Shown: positions 37,224 through 47,133, counted from the first letter of the stretch. The stretch is DNA of 64,000 bases from an uncultured Candidatus Saccharibacteria bacterium (GCA_964566795.1 CAZMIU010000001.1:399797-463796), one strand, 5' to 3'. The notes: a model not told the origin generated them from the letters alone. A program made the numbers and translations.

Positions 37224-37847
37224 CTAGAGGTGGGCTTGGACCGAGGCCTTTTCTGCCCCTGCCTCAAAACGGAAGGCGGCGCGGTTGAGCTTGTCCTTTT
37301 TAACCAGCTCCAAGACCCTCTCTACGAGCGCCTTAGGGTCGGCATCAAAGAGTATGCGCTCACTGCCGCGGTGACCCTTTTCCAAAATATACTTTATCTC
37401 CTCGTCTATCTCCCAGTCGGCCTCGAGGATGCCCATGGGCTTTTGGTCCTCAAAGGCTATGGTGAACTCGTGTATCGTGCCGATGCGCCCGCAGCCAAAG
37501 AATACTGCGTCGCACGAGCGCGTAAATATGAGGTCGCGACCCGGAAAGCCAAACCCCGTGTAGACAATCATGTCCATGTACTCTACCGGCAGGTTGTAGG
37601 CCTCGATATGCTCCTTCTCGGTGTTGGCGGGAGAAAAGCCCACGGTAAACCCGCCCGCCTCCTTAGCCCCCATCGCGCCCCAGAGCGGGAAGCCTGTGGT
37701 GGCGCCGTTAACGAGCACTGCGCCCTGCCGGGCAATCTCGCGGCCAAGTTCCAGACCTTTGTCGTAGGCATCTATGCCGCAGTGGCCGGTCTCCGCCGCG
37801 CCCGATATGCCACACTTAATCTTGAGGTGCTCGTTGTGTCGATCCAT
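37224..37847 (-). CDS. LOG/SLOG-family nucleotide-binding protein
   Basis: LGREIA, NGATTG, AKEAGGFTVGFSP, GRIGTIHEF. Confidence 0.8.
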   Translation of the reverse strand: MDRHNEHLKIKCGISGAAETGHCGIDAYDKGLELGREIARQGAVLVNGATTGFPLWGAMGAKEAGGFTVGFSPANTEKEHIEAYNLPVEYMDMIVYTGFGFPGRDLIFTRSCDAVFFGCGRIGTIHEFTIAFEDQKPMGILEADWEIDEEIKYILEKGHRGSERILFDADPKALVERVLELVKKDKLNRAAFRFEAGAEKASVQAHL

Positions 37848-37854
37848 ATATGGA

Positions 37855-39213
37855 TTATAGCTCGATTGTGACGGTGTCCGTGGCCTTCGGGGCTGTGGCC
37901 TTCACGCCCAGGTAATCATTAATGCGCTGTGCCAGAAAGTTGGCTGCCGCGGGCTCGCCCTGTACAACATATACGTGGCTTAGGGAATCTCGTGCACCCT
38001 CAACCAGGGCCAAGAGCCCATCGCTGTCGCGATGCGCCGAGTAGCCATACAGCGTTTCTACATGCGCCCTTACAGGTATAACCTCGCCCTGGCCCGGGTG
38101 CAGCTCCCTTTCGCCCTCAAGCAGCCTGCGGCCAATGGTACCCGTGGCCTGATACCCCACGATAAGCAGGGTCGAGTCGGGGTCCGGCAACACATAGCGC
38201 TCGTGGCTAAGCACCCTGCCGCCGTTGCTCATGCCCGAGCCTGCGAGGATTATCTTGGGGCCCTTATGGCCCTGTATAGCCCTAGACTCGCGGGTGTCAC
38301 GGGCGAACTTCAACTCGTCAAACTCAAATAGCTTCTCGCCTGCCTTTACCCTCTCTTGCAGTGCTCCGGCAAAGTACTGTGCGTTGTGCTCAAAAGTCAT
38401 GGTGATCTTTTCGGCCAAGGGCGAGTCCAAAAACACTGGGACAGACGGGATCTTCCTATCCTGCATAAGCGAGCGGATCTCATAGATGAGGTCCTGCGTG
38501 CGCTCTGTCGAGAACGCCGGGATAAGCAGTGTGCCGCCGCGCCCGATGGTTTTATTGATTATGTCCTCAAAGGCCTCTTTGCGGTCTTTGTCCTCTGGGC
38601 GGGTTCGGTCGCCGTACACGCTCTCTATCACGAGGTAATCGGGCTTGGGCAGTGCCTCGGTGTGGGGCAAGAGCGGCGAGTTGCCGCCACCCAAGTCACC
38701 TGTCACAACGAGCACTTTATCGCCGCGGCTAAATTTGCTCATCGCAGAGCCCAAAATATGCCCCGCGTCATAAAACTCGTGAGTCACACCGTCTTTAAGC
38801 TCCATGGGCTCATGCAGCCCGCGCGTCCTCCAGAGCTTCAGTGCGGCATCAATGTCTTGCTCGTCATATATGGGTGGTGGGGCACCATGCTCTGCGGCGC
38901 GGATCATAAGGCTAAGCGCGTCGCGCATGATAAACTCGGCCACGTCGCGCGTGGCGTGGGTCGAGATAATCTGCCCCGTAAACCCAGACTTTACCAAAAA
39001 CGGGATGCGCCCCACGTGGTCGAGGTGCGCATGGCTCACAAACAAATGCGTGCACTCGGACGGCGTATAGGCAAAGGGCTTGTAGTTGTCCTCCTCGCGG
39101 GTCCCCTGCTGGAGCCCGCAGTCTATGAGGACTTTTTGTGCACCGGTGTCCAACATAAAATTGGAGCCGGTCACCGAGCCGGCCCCTCCATAGAAGGTTA
39201 TCTTTGACTGCAT
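37855..39213 (-). CDS. MBL-fold beta-CASP ribonuclease
   Basis: IDCG, SHAHLDHVG, AGHILGS, ESVYGDR, GSGMSNGGR, YSAHRD. Confidence 0.9.
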   Translation of the reverse strand: MQSKITFYGGAGSVTGSNFMLDTGAQKVLIDCGLQQGTREEDNYKPFAYTPSECTHLFVSHAHLDHVGRIPFLVKSGFTGQIISTHATRDVAEFIMRDALSLMIRAAEHGAPPPIYDEQDIDAALKLWRTRGLHEPMELKDGVTHEFYDAGHILGSAMSKFSRGDKVLVVTGDLGGGNSPLLPHTEALPKPDYLVIESVYGDRTRPEDKDRKEAFEDIINKTIGRGGTLLIPAFSTERTQDLIYEIRSLMQDRKIPSVPVFLDSPLAEKITMTFEHNAQYFAGALQERVKAGEKLFEFDELKFARDTRESRAIQGHKGPKIILAGSGMSNGGRVLSHERYVLPDPDSTLLIVGYQATGTIGRRLLEGERELHPGQGEVIPVRAHVETLYGYSAHRDSDGLLALVEGARDSLSHVYVVQGEPAAANFLAQRINDYLGVKATAPKATDTVTIEL

Positions 39214-39264
39214 AAGCCAATTGTATCAGGTACAAAAAATCCCCCGTAGGGGGTTCTTTGTAGG

Positions 39265-39375
39265 ATTCGAGGGCGTGTCCTGGATAATCCAGGTGGGCAC
39301 TCTGCAGGAATGCATTACTAGACCTGACGCGAGTCTTGCCCAATTAAACGATTAAGGACTTGCCCCCGCACCCTG
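39265..39375 (-). ncRNA. Candidate structured small RNA (6S-like?)
   Basis: Own TATACT (39381-39386) and terminator (39234-39258); stems TGGGCA/TGCCCA and GTCCT/AGGAC; CCCACCTG motif; no convincing ORF. Confidence 0.4.
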
Positions 39376-39393
39376 GCTGAAGTATATCAAACC

Positions 39394-39978
39394 CTACTCG
39401 TCGATGCCAAAGCGCTTGTACTTAAAGATAGGATGCTTGCCAAACCAGTGCTTGATCTCGTGTGCAGCCTCTTCTGGGGTCTCTGAGGCATGGATGAGGT
39501 TGTAGACGGCGCGGCGCTCGATGTTGGCACTAATGGCGGAATCTGCGGAGTAGTCGCCGCGGATAGTGCCCATCTCGGCGAGGTATGGCATGGTGGGGCC
39601 CACAATTTTGCGCACCATATCGACAGCGTGCACACCCTGCACCACCATCTTGACCATGGGGGCGCTGGTCATAAAGTCGATAAGCCAGGTGCGCACCTCT
39701 TTGCCGATCTTCAATTTGTCGGTAGTGCCAAAGTCGCGCTTAACGCTATGGCCGTACTTCTCGTAGGTGGTGGTGGTCTTGTCGCCCAGGCGCGTGAGCC
39801 AAGCCTCGGTCTTGGGGTAGTGGTTGTCCATCTCCTTTCTTGTAGAGAGGAACATGTCCATGGCCACGACCTTGAGGTCGCGCTGCTCAAAGCGCTTGAT
39901 AACCTCGCCAATAAGGCCCTTGCGCACGCCATCCGGCTTGATAAGTACGAACGTCTTTTCCTCTTTAGGATGCATCAT
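39394..39978 (-). CDS. ndk: Nucleoside-diphosphate kinase
   Basis: TFVLIKPDGV, GTIRGDY, NLIHASE. Confidence 0.93.
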   Translation of the reverse strand: MMHPKEEKTFVLIKPDGVRKGLIGEVIKRFEQRDLKVVAMDMFLSTRKEMDNHYPKTEAWLTRLGDKTTTTYEKYGHSVKRDFGTTDKLKIGKEVRTWLIDFMTSAPMVKMVVQGVHAVDMVRKIVGPTMPYLAEMGTIRGDYSADSAISANIERRAVYNLIHASETPEEAAHEIKHWFGKHPIFKYKRFGIDE

Positions 39979-40063
39979 AGATAGCGCCACAATAGCCCAG
40001 TTAAGCCATTTTTACAACCCAAGCACCCATAGCTTTAATGGTCCTATAGGACAATAAAAGGTA

Positions 40064-40825
40064 TTAGGCGGTCAGGACTTCTGCGCCATTTTTTGTTATC
40101 AAAACCGTGTGCTCGGTCTCGGCAGAGCGGCTGCCGTCTGCGGTCACATACGTCCACTCATCTTCCAACAGCTCGATGTCTCCCTTCCCTTCAGTAAATA
40201 TGGGCTCGATAGCCAAAATAAGCCCCTCCTCCAAGACAACGCCTGTGCCAGCCTTGCCGGAGTTGGGTACAAAAGGCGGCTCGTGCGCCACGCGGCCCAG
40301 CGAGTGCCCGCCCAAGTCCTCTACAACACCAAGCCCATAGTTGTGAGCCACAGCCCCTATGGCTGCGCCAATGTCACCCATGCGCGCACCCGGTTTGGCT
40401 ACTTTGATAGCTGCCCTAAACGCCTCCTCGGTTGCCTCTATAAGTTTTTTGCCTTTCTCGTCGCCTTGACCTGCCACCACGGTGACAGCCGCATCGGCAA
40501 AGTAGCCGTTTAGTGAGAGCCCTAAGTCGAGCATCACCAGCTCGCCGTCTTTAACAACGCGCTCCTCGCTAGGTATCCCGTGCACCACCTCGTCGTCTAT
40601 CGAGACACAGAGCACCGCCGGGAACGGGTACACACTACCCTCCTGCTTGTAGTTTAAAAACGCTGGAGTAGCCCCTGCCTCGCGGATAAACTTCTCGGCG
40701 GCAAGGTCGAGCGCCGCGGTAGTAACCCCAGGCTTAACCAGCGCGGCAACCTCACGCAGCGCGTGTGCCAAAAGCTTGCCCGCGGCGCGCATGCCCGCCA
40801 CCTCCTCTGTAGTCTTTGCGATCAT
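40064..40825 (-). CDS. map: Methionine aminopeptidase type I
   Basis: CVSIDDEVVHGIP, LDLG, GHSLG...HEPP, AIEP, EHTV. Confidence 0.95.
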   Translation of the reverse strand: MIAKTTEEVAGMRAAGKLLAHALREVAALVKPGVTTAALDLAAEKFIREAGATPAFLNYKQEGSVYPFPAVLCVSIDDEVVHGIPSEERVVKDGELVMLDLGLSLNGYFADAAVTVVAGQGDEKGKKLIEATEEAFRAAIKVAKPGARMGDIGAAIGAVAHNYGLGVVEDLGGHSLGRVAHEPPFVPNSGKAGTGVVLEEGLILAIEPIFTEGKGDIELLEDEWTYVTADGSRSAETEHTVLITKNGAEVLTA

Positions 40826-41400
40826 TAGTGTATACCGAGAGCCTCGAGCACCTTCTGATGCACCTCGTCTATGGGGTGCTCTCCATCTACCTCTACCAAG
40901 ACACCCTTTTGCCTAAAAAACTCTATAGCATGCGCGGTGTGCTCGGTGTACTCCACCAGGCGGTGCGAGACCGTGTCCGAGGCGTCGTCGGCGCGACCCT
41001 CAACCTTGCGACGGTCTGCGATGCGCTTCTCCATCTCGGTGTCGGAGATGTTTAAAAATATCGCCTTGTACGGGCGCTCGAGCCAGTGCGCCGTCTCATC
41101 AAACGCCTGCGCCTCGTGGAGCCTGCGGCACGCACCCTCAAAGATAATGTTGTCCTCGTGGCCAATGCCCAAAAGCACCTCGACAAACATGTGCGAGGAG
41201 AACCATGCGGGCAGGAGCTCGCCCTTCTCTATTACGTTTTTGACCCTCTCGGCAACAAAGCCGTGGCCTTTGGCAATCTCGCGCAACCTGTTGCCGGAGG
41301 AGTAAATATCGCAGCCCAACTTTTGGGCGAGCAATTTGCCCTGGGTGCCTTTCCCCGAGCCCGGGCGCCCCATCATCAAATATGTATGCACGTTTTCCAT
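40825..41400 (-). CDS. adk: Adenylate kinase (short LID)
   Basis: GRPGSGKGTQ, GRADD; lies between secY and map. Confidence 0.9.
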   Translation of the reverse strand: MENVHTYLMMGRPGSGKGTQGKLLAQKLGCDIYSSGNRLREIAKGHGFVAERVKNVIEKGELLPAWFSSHMFVEVLLGIGHEDNIIFEGACRRLHEAQAFDETAHWLERPYKAIFLNISDTEMEKRIADRRKVEGRADDASDTVSHRLVEYTEHTAHAIEFFRQKGVLVEVDGEHPIDEVHQKVLEALGIH

Positions 41401-41457
41401 AAGCTCAGCATAGCAGGAATACGAAAAAAGCGCCCCTCTTTCGAGGGGCGCTTTTTC

Positions 41458-42726
41458 TTAATACTCGCGGATGGAGAGCTGCGCGTCGATGCGGCGCGTG
41501 ATGTCCAGCACCACGTTAACCACAATGAGCAGCCCGGTACCGCCGATAGCGATGTTGGCGATGCCCGAGAGGTTCTGGACGATAAGCGGCAAGACCGCGA
41601 TTGCGCCCAAGAACAAGCCTCCTACAAACGTAATGCGGGTAATCGTGCGGCCCAAGTACTCGCTCGTGTGGCTCCCTGGGCGGATGCCGGGGATAAACGC
41701 ACCGTTGCGCTGCAGGTTCTCGGCGATGGAGTTGGGCTCAAAGGTAACCGCGGTATAGAAGTAGGTAAACAGGAACACCAGGAGGAAGTAGACGATGCCG
41801 TAGAGCCACTGGTTGGCTACAAAGCCGAGTATGACGCCGGCGGTCGAGGCAAGCCACGGCACCGACGAGGTCTGGAAGAAGGTCCCAAACATCTGCGGCA
41901 AGAGCAAGAATGACAAGGCAAAGATAATAGGGATAACACCGGCCTGGTTGAGGCGCAGCGGCAGATAGGTTGATGTCCCGCCAAAGAACTTGGAGCCGCG
42001 TACGCGCTTGGCGTAGGTAACCGGCACCGGGCGCTCGGCCTCGGTAATATAGACCACAGCCGCAATAACCACGAGCGCCGCCGCCACAAACATCAGATAC
42101 ACGGGGATCTGTGCCGCCTCAAACGAGAAGAGCGTCTGGCTTATTGCCGAGGGCAAGCCGGCAACGATACCGGCAAAGATAACCACCGAGACGCCGTTGC
42201 CCAGACCGTACTCGGAGATAAGCTCGCCTATCCACATCAAGAGCATGGAGCCCGCGACGATAGCCACAAGGTTTATACCAAACTGAAACGGGGTAAGCGC
42301 GGGCAGCACGCCCTGGCGCTCGAGGATGATAAGAAAGCTGATGCCCTGCACTGCGGCAATAGGGAGTGTCAAAAAGCGCGTGTACTGCGCAAAGCGCGCA
42401 CGGCCCGCCTCGCCCTCCTCCTGGTACATCGCCTTAAGGCGCGGCACCATCATGGTCATAAGCTGCATCACGATAGAGGCTGTGATGTAGGGACCCACGC
42501 CAAGCATCACCAAAGAGAGGTTGGCCAAGCCGCCGCCGGAGAACAGGTTAAGCAGGCCAAAAAACTGGTTGTTTGCCAAAAAAAGCCCGAGCTGCGCGGC
42601 ATCAATGCCAGGGATCGGGATTGCCGCCAATACGCGCGTAATAGCCAAAGCGCCTGCCACAAAAAGCAGGCGGTTGCGCAGGGCAGCGTCTGAGAGAAGG
42701 AGGGATAGTTTCTGGAAAGGATTCAT
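41458..42726 (-). CDS. secY: Preprotein translocase SecY
   Basis: LGVGPYITASI, GLGNGVS, AGVIPIIFA, IPGIRPG, GGTGLLI. Confidence 0.97.
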   Translation of the reverse strand: MNPFQKLSLLLSDAALRNRLLFVAGALAITRVLAAIPIPGIDAAQLGLFLANNQFFGLLNLFSGGGLANLSLVMLGVGPYITASIVMQLMTMMVPRLKAMYQEEGEAGRARFAQYTRFLTLPIAAVQGISFLIILERQGVLPALTPFQFGINLVAIVAGSMLLMWIGELISEYGLGNGVSVVIFAGIVAGLPSAISQTLFSFEAAQIPVYLMFVAAALVVIAAVVYITEAERPVPVTYAKRVRGSKFFGGTSTYLPLRLNQAGVIPIIFALSFLLLPQMFGTFFQTSSVPWLASTAGVILGFVANQWLYGIVYFLLVFLFTYFYTAVTFEPNSIAENLQRNGAFIPGIRPGSHTSEYLGRTITRITFVGGLFLGAIAVLPLIVQNLSGIANIAIGGTGLLIVVNVVLDITRRIDAQLSIREY

Positions 42727-42763
42727 GATCTGTAGGTGGGAGAGCTGCGCACGGGCCCCGGGA

Positions 42764-43210
42764 CTACGCTATCGTGCCGCCCGCCTTCTCTATCTTAGCG
42801 CGGGCAGAGCCCGATACCTTGCAGCCCGAGATAACAAACTTCTTGGTAACCTCGCCGTCGCCCAGGATTTTTACCGGTACCGATGCACCCTTGCGTGCGC
42901 GTATAATACCGCGCTCCTTGAGCGTTACCGGGCTTACCGTGTCGCCTGCCGCAAACTGTGCCTCGAGCTGCGAGAGGTTAACAACCGATGCGCGTGTCTG
43001 GATAGACATGAGCGAGTTTACGCCGCGGCCGCGCAGCTTCGGGATCTTTTTGAGCTGCTCGCGGATCTCCGGGCGCTTCTTGTGGCCGGAGCGGGCATTC
43101 TGGCCCTTGGTACCGCGGCCGGAGGTCTTGCCCTTACCGGAGGCATTACCGCGACCGACCCTTTTGGAGCCTTTTTGCGCTGTTTTGCGTTTTAGTTCGT
43201 GGAGCTGCAT
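42764..43210 (-). CDS. rplO: 50S ribosomal protein L15
   Basis: KRVGRG..SGKGKTSGRGTKGQNARSG. Confidence 0.95.
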   Translation of the reverse strand: MQLHELKRKTAQKGSKRVGRGNASGKGKTSGRGTKGQNARSGHKKRPEIREQLKKIPKLRGRGVNSLMSIQTRASVVNLSQLEAQFAAGDTVSPVTLKERGIIRARKGASVPVKILGDGEVTKKFVISGCKVSGSARAKIEKAGGTIA

Positions 43211-43222
43211 ATAATTGGTTGA

Positions 43223-43840
43223 TTATGCCTTAAGGGTCTTGAGAGCCTCGATGGCGGCGCGGGCATTGTTAAGGCCGTTCTTGGAGCCGGAGTGCACTTT
43301 GGCCACAATGTTTGTGATGCCGGCAAGCTCAAGCACGGGCCTGACCGAGGAGCCTGCAACCAGGCCGCGGCCCTTTGCCGGCATGAGGGTCACGCGGGAT
43401 GCGTTGTACTTGGCCGACACCTCGTGGCGGATAGAGCTATCCTTGGTGAGGTTGAGGGTGATCATCTTCTTGCGGGCATCGCGGGTTGCTTTCTCTATGG
43501 CGAGCGTGGTGTCCCCTGCCTTGCCCAGACCAACACCTACCTTGCCCTTTTTGTTGCCAATGATGATTGCAACCGAGAAGGAGAAGCGGCGACCGCCTGC
43601 CACGGTGCGGGCCACGCGGCGGATAGTGATCATCTTCGAGTCGAACTCGCTCTTCTGGCGGGGAGGACGCGGGCCGCGGCGATCCCTGCCACCCGGGCGG
43701 CCACGCTGACCACGCTGGCCGCGGAACCCGCGCTCCTGTACGGGAGATGCAGAGCCCTGGGCATCAGATTGAGCCTCTGCGGCCGCTACCTCAGCCTCAG
43801 TACCCTCGGTCGTTGTGATGATGTCTTGTTCGTCAGCCAT
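43223..43840 (-). CDS. rpsE: 30S ribosomal protein S5
   Basis: RRVARTVAGGRRFSF, VGVGLGK; acidic and Arg/Gly-rich N-terminal extension. Confidence 0.95.
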   Translation of the reverse strand: MADEQDIITTTEGTEAEVAAAEAQSDAQGSASPVQERGFRGQRGQRGRPGGRDRRGPRPPRQKSEFDSKMITIRRVARTVAGGRRFSFSVAIIIGNKKGKVGVGLGKAGDTTLAIEKATRDARKKMITLNLTKDSSIRHEVSAKYNASRVTLMPAKGRGLVAGSSVRPVLELAGITNIVAKVHSGSKNGLNNARAAIEALKTLKA

Positions 43841-43852
43841 ATAAAAGTTGAT

Positions 43853-44155
43853 TTAGAATTTGAGGCCGCCCTCGCGCGCAGCGTCTGCCAGGGTGGCAAT
43901 AGCACCCGTGTAGCGGAAGCCGCCGCGGTCAAACACCACAGCCTCTACACCTTGGGCCTTTGCCTTCTTGGCAATCTCTACACCCGCCTTCTTGGCGTCG
44001 TCCATCTTAACGGAGGCGAGTGTGTGGCCCTTGGAGTCGTCTATAACCTGTACCTCAAGGTAGCGGTTAGACTTGTACACGGCCAGGCGTGGGCGCTCGG
44101 CGGTGCCTTGTACTTTTGCGCGTATGCGGTTGTGACGGCGGATGCGGTTATTCAT
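43853..44155 (-). CDS. rplR: 50S ribosomal protein L18
   Basis: [29 protein letters not shown]. Confidence 0.95.
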   Translation of the reverse strand: MNNRIRRHNRIRAKVQGTAERPRLAVYKSNRYLEVQVIDDSKGHTLASVKMDDAKKAGVEIAKKAKAQGVEAVVFDRGGFRYTGAIATLADAAREGGLKF

Positions 44156-44164
44156 ACGATTGTT

Positions 44165-44698
44165 TTATGCGGCCTTCTTACCCTGCTTGCGGCGGATTAC
44201 CTCGCCCTCGTAGCGGATACCCTTGCCCTTGTACGGCTCGGGCTTTTTCATAGCCCTAATGTCTGCTGCAAACTGCCCCACGAGCTCTTTGTTAAAGCCG
44301 GCGATGACGAGCTCGCCCTTGTTTGCGGTCACCGTGAGGCCCTCCGGAATCTCAACCTTAACCGGATGAGAAAAACCAAGTGCCAGGTTGAGCGTCTTGC
44401 CCTGCACATCCCACTTGTAGCCCACGCCCTCGACCAGGAGCTTCTTCTGAAAACCCTCGGTAACGCCCTTAAGCATGTTACGCACATGGGAGGCGTAGGT
44501 GCCGACTGCGGCGCGGGCCTCGAGTGTGTCGCCCTTCTTGGTTACCTGCACGCCCTCGGGAGTAACCTCGATGGTAACAAAGCGCGAAATTGGCTTCTCC
44601 AGAGTGCCCTTAGGGCCCTTAACCACGACACCAGCCTCCGAGACAGTGATCTCGGTTTTGGCAGGTATAGCGATGGGGCGTTTAGCAAGACGTGACAT
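44165..44698 (-). CDS. rplF: 50S ribosomal protein L6
   Basis: VKGPKG, LGFSHP, PEPYKGKG. Confidence 0.96.
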   Translation of the reverse strand: MSRLAKRPIAIPAKTEITVSEAGVVVKGPKGTLEKPISRFVTIEVTPEGVQVTKKGDTLEARAAVGTYASHVRNMLKGVTEGFQKKLLVEGVGYKWDVQGKTLNLALGFSHPVKVEIPEGLTVTANKGELVIAGFNKELVGQFAADIRAMKKPEPYKGKGIRYEGEVIRRKQGKKAA

Positions 44699-44710
44699 AA
44701 AGAAAAAGTA

Positions 44711-45094
44711 TTACCAGATTTGGAAGAGGACCTCGCCGCCGACGCGCTTCTCGCGTGCCTCCTTGCCGGTGACTACACCCGCGGGCGTGGAGAGCACCAA
44801 AAGGCCTGCTCCACGCTTAACCGGCTGCACGTCGCGTACACCCATGTACATGCGGCGGGAGGGCTTGGAGATGCGCTTGACGCCGTTGATGGTCGGGCGA
44901 CCGGACGCATTGTAGGAAAGGCCGACCACAAGCGAGTTGTTGCGCTTGGATACATTGGTAAGGTAGCCCTCGCGCTCCAAAATCTTGGCGATAGCGTTCT
45001 TGATGGAAGAGTATGGCAAGGTCACAGAAGCGTGACCCACCATAGAGGCGTTTTGGAGGCGAACCAGGAAGTCTGCGATAGGGTCGTTTACCAT
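44711..45094 (-). CDS. rpsH: 30S ribosomal protein S8
   Basis: DPIADFLVRLQNA, ISKPSRRMY, STPAGV, GGEVL. Confidence 0.95.
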   Translation of the reverse strand: MVNDPIADFLVRLQNASMVGHASVTLPYSSIKNAIAKILEREGYLTNVSKRNNSLVVGLSYNASGRPTINGVKRISKPSRRMYMGVRDVQPVKRGAGLLVLSTPAGVVTGKEAREKRVGGEVLFQIW

Positions 45095-45098
45095 ACAA

Positions 45099-45284
45099 TT
45101 ACCAGGATGACTTGCGGATACCAGGAATGAGGCCCTCGAGAGCCGCCTCCCTAAAGCAGGCACGGCACATGCCGAAATCGCGCATAAACGCGCGCTTGCG
45201 GCCGCACCTAAAGCAGCGGTTAACCACACGCGACTTAAACTTCGGCGTGCGGGTAGAGCGGTGGACTGTAGACTTTTTTGCCAT
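45099..45284 (-). CDS. rpsN: 30S ribosomal protein S14, zinc-binding type Z
   Basis: RCFRCGR...MCRACFRE...PGIRKSSW. Confidence 0.95.
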   Translation of the reverse strand: MAKKSTVHRSTRTPKFKSRVVNRCFRCGRKRAFMRDFGMCRACFREAALEGLIPGIRKSSW

Positions 45285-45504
45285 GGTGGATTTTTAAGCC
45301 GGGACTGGCCCGGAGCACCCCCTTGCCTAGGGGTTACGATTCTGATGGTTTGCCTCGCCCTGGCCTTGATTTAAGCAAAGCTTGCGGACTAAGCGGCACC
45401 TGTCAGAAAAAAGGAGCCCTGTTGGGCGTGGGCCCACTATAGCCTAGCAGATGTAGGAATGCAAGCCTTACGAAAAAGACCCCCTTTCGGGGGCCTTTTA
45501 AGAT

Positions 45505-46053
45505 TTACTTTTTGAACGGGAAGCCGAGGTGGTCGAGGTAGGCTTTTGCCTCTGCCTTGGACTTGGCCGAGGTAACAACGGTTACCGCCATACCAAAGAC
45601 GTCCTTAACATCCTCGTCGGCAGTCTCGGGGAAGACGGTGTGTTCCTTGATGCCCACGGTGTAGTTGCCCATCTCATCGACGCCGGAGGCGCCAATGCCC
45701 TTAAAGTCCTTGGTGCGCGGTAGCGCTACGTGGATGAGGCGGTTAAGGAAGTCCTCTGCCCTCTTGCCGCGGAGTGTCACCTGGTAGCCCACCTTGTCGC
45801 CAATGCGGGTCTTGTAGGTGGCGATAGCCTTCTTGGCACCGCGCGAGACTGCCCTTTGCCCGGTGATTTTCTCCAGGCGGTTGGCAACGAGCTCTACCTT
45901 GTTTTTATCCTTGGCCATCTTGCCTACGCCAACAGAGACAACCACCTTCTTGACCTTGGGGGTCTGCATAACATTCTTCCAGCCCAAGTCTCCCTTCAGT
46001 GTAGAGAAGGTATCTTTCTGCTTGTCTTGGATGAGGGGGGTTTTAGTGGCCAT
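45505..46053 (-). CDS. rplE: 50S ribosomal protein L5
   Basis: ITGQ, VTLRG, LPRTKDFKG, GNYTVGIKEHTVFPE. Confidence 0.95.
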   Translation of the reverse strand: MATKTPLIQDKQKDTFSTLKGDLGWKNVMQTPKVKKVVVSVGVGKMAKDKNKVELVANRLEKITGQRAVSRGAKKAIATYKTRIGDKVGYQVTLRGKRAEDFLNRLIHVALPRTKDFKGIGASGVDEMGNYTVGIKEHTVFPETADEDVKDVFGMAVTVVTSAKSKAEAKAYLDHLGFPFKK

Positions 46054-46063
46054 AACGGTTTTA

Positions 46064-46288
46064 TTACTTCTTAGCGACCTTAGACGCATGGATAGCGTGC
46101 TGCTTCTTGAGGATCTGGCCCTTCTGGCCGGAGCGGCGGGGCCTTTGGTGCTTGGTGCGCATCGCTATACCCTCAACAACAACCAACCCCAGCTTGGGGA
46201 GTACCTCGGTGACCTTGCCCGACTTGCCCTTGTCGTTGCCCGACAGGACCACTACGGTGTCACCTTTTTTAACATGGAGAGTGTTCAT
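46064..46288 (-). CDS. rplX: 50S ribosomal protein L24
   Basis: HVKKGDTVVVLSGNDKGKSG, IHASKV. Confidence 0.93.
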   Translation of the reverse strand: MNTLHVKKGDTVVVLSGNDKGKSGKVTEVLPKLGLVVVEGIAMRTKHQRPRRSGQKGQILKKQHAIHASKVAKK

Positions 46289-46307
46289 AAAGATATACGA
46301 GTGACGA

Positions 46308-46688
46308 CTATACAACCTCAGGGGCGCGCGAGATGATAGTCTGGTAGCCAAGCTCCTGGAGCTCGCGCGGTATAGGACCAAAGATGCGGCCCGCCTTGGG
46401 CTCCTTCTTGTCCTTGGCACCCCAGTCGAGGACCACAACAGCGTTGTCATCAAAGCGGATGTAGGAGCCGTCCTTGCGCCTAAAGGCTTTCTTCTGGCGC
46501 ACCACAACGCCGTGGAGGACATCCTTCTTTTTGACCTGCTTGCGGGGCTCGGCGCTCTGTACCGAGAACACGACAATCTCCCCTATCTGCGCGTAGCGCT
46601 TCTTGCTGGCGCCCGGAATCTTGAAAATGCGTCCGATCTTGGCGCCGGAGTTGTCTGTAACAGTTACGAGTGAGCGGTCTTGAATCAT
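46308..46688 (-). CDS. rplN: 50S ribosomal protein L14
   Basis: DNSGAK, DGSYIRFDDNA, RIFGPIPREL. Confidence 0.96.
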   Translation of the reverse strand: MIQDRSLVTVTDNSGAKIGRIFKIPGASKKRYAQIGEIVVFSVQSAEPRKQVKKKDVLHGVVVRQKKAFRRKDGSYIRFDDNAVVVLDWGAKDKKEPKAGRIFGPIPRELQELGYQTIISRAPEVV

Positions 46689-46706
46689 AAAGGTGTAGGG
46701 ATGAAA

Positions 46707-46940
46707 CTATGCGACGATCTCGAAATGCTTCGTCTTTGAAAGCGGACGGCAGCTGCGGATAGTGACCTTGTCGCCCTCTTTGGCCTTGCCTCCCGGGTTG
46801 TGTACGGTAAAGCGAGAGGTTTTCTTGAGGTACTTCTTGTACTTGGGATGCTTCACAAAGCGCGATACAGCCACGACAGCAGAGTCGGTCATTTTGTCCG
46901 ACACCACTACCCCCTTAAATTCTTTGCGCTTGGTTTCCAT
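46707..46940 (-). CDS. rpsQ: 30S ribosomal protein S17
   Basis: GVVVSDKM, HPKYKK, CRPLSKTK. Confidence 0.94.
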   Translation of the reverse strand: METKRKEFKGVVVSDKMTDSAVVAVSRFVKHPKYKKYLKKTSRFTVHNPGGKAKEGDKVTIRSCRPLSKTKHFEIVA

Positions 46941-46941
46941 A

Positions 46942-47133
46942 TTAGTTTTTTGCGGGCTTGTTGAGCTGCGTAAAGGCACGGGCGATCTCCTTGCGGAGGT
47001 TGCGGGCGGCCTTAGTATTACGATTTTTACTACCAGAGGCGCCAAAGCGCAAGACCCTAAGCTCCTCGCGCTTGTCATGAGCGAGTTTCATAAGCTCTTC
47101 TTTGGTGTGCTTGGTGAGGTCGGTCTTTTTCAT
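46942..47133 (-). CDS. rpmC: 50S ribosomal protein L29
   Basis: LRF, RKEIARAFT; position between rplP and rpsQ. Confidence 0.88.
   Translation of the reverse strand: MKKTDLTKHTKEELMKLAHDKREELRVLRFGASGSKNRNTKAARNLRKEIARAFTQLNKPAKN

Noticed and set aside
43292-44695. Long antisense ORFs (also 2843-3802, 17819-18883, 28470-29645, 53426-54400, 58320-59237)
   Set aside because: Shadow frames of well-supported genes with GC-rich third positions; no motifs or start signals.
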